DNA of 64,000 nucleotides from an uncultured delta proteobacterium. GTDB taxonomy: Bacteria > Myxococcota_A > Polyangia > Fen-1088. Shown piece by piece: positions 63,916-64,000 of the stretch. Positions within the stretch are counted from its first letter, which is position 1. The number at the start of each line of letters is the position of its first letter. The translations under genes and the position numbers were made by a program. The DNA lies in contig CAVYGB010000002.1 of NCBI GenBank assembly GCA_963767925.1, forward strand, positions 1,984,001 to 2,048,000. Direction: 5' to 3'. The notes under the pieces were generated by a model, which saw only the letters and a program-made list of their open reading frames with translations, was not told where the DNA came from and ran no database searches.

Positions 63916-64000
63916 ATGCCGCTCCCGCCCCCCGACGTCTCCCCGCCCACCCAGCCGCCGCTCCCGGAGCGGGCCGGCTTCTGGGAGCGCCTCGGCGAGC
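63916..64000 (+). CDS. Start of a CDS running off the right edge
   Basis: MPLPPPDVSPPTQPPLPERAGFWERLGE, open to the window end. Confidence 0.4.
   Translation, partial: MPLPPPDVSPPTQPPLPERAGFWERLGE

Overview
Very GC-rich bacterial DNA, most likely from a myxobacterium. Evidence: a MYXO-CTERM-like protease tail, an RpoH-type sigma factor, a eukaryote-like Ser/Thr pseudokinase, sigma54 circuitry and many Gly/Pro-rich lipoproteins. About 60 mostly accessory genes; no rRNA, tRNA or CRISPR array recognised. Main modules: (1) PQQ dehydrogenase + diheme cytochrome c (1-1.8 kb). (2) Atypical phosphorelay: stand-alone receiver, TPR sensor kinase, sigma54 activator with a Cys-cluster insertion, stand-alone 'RHD' protein (1.8-8.7 kb). 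(3) Low-GC islet with a dCTP deaminase (10.5-11.6 kb). (4) Four-gene operon built round a MotA/ZorA-like channel with a long 22-aa-repeat tail and a MotB/ZorB-like OmpA protein, flanked by two unknown genes (13-17 kb). (5) Repeat hot-spot: palindromic MITE, RAYT-type Y1 transposase between structured inverted repeats, mirrored microsatellites, 18-bp array (32.6-34.9 kb). (6) NitT/TauT ABC transporter with an OmpA-fused binding protein, coiled-coil proteins and a PspA + AAA ATPase + TerB-like operon, a possible ESCRT-III/Vps4-like envelope system (39-55 kb). (7) P450/desaturase/MBL/methyltransferase cluster (57.6-63.8 kb). Frameshifts at 9.4-10.4 kb and 25.7-27.6 kb may be sequencing errors. 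All calls come from reading motifs by eye; no database search was run.
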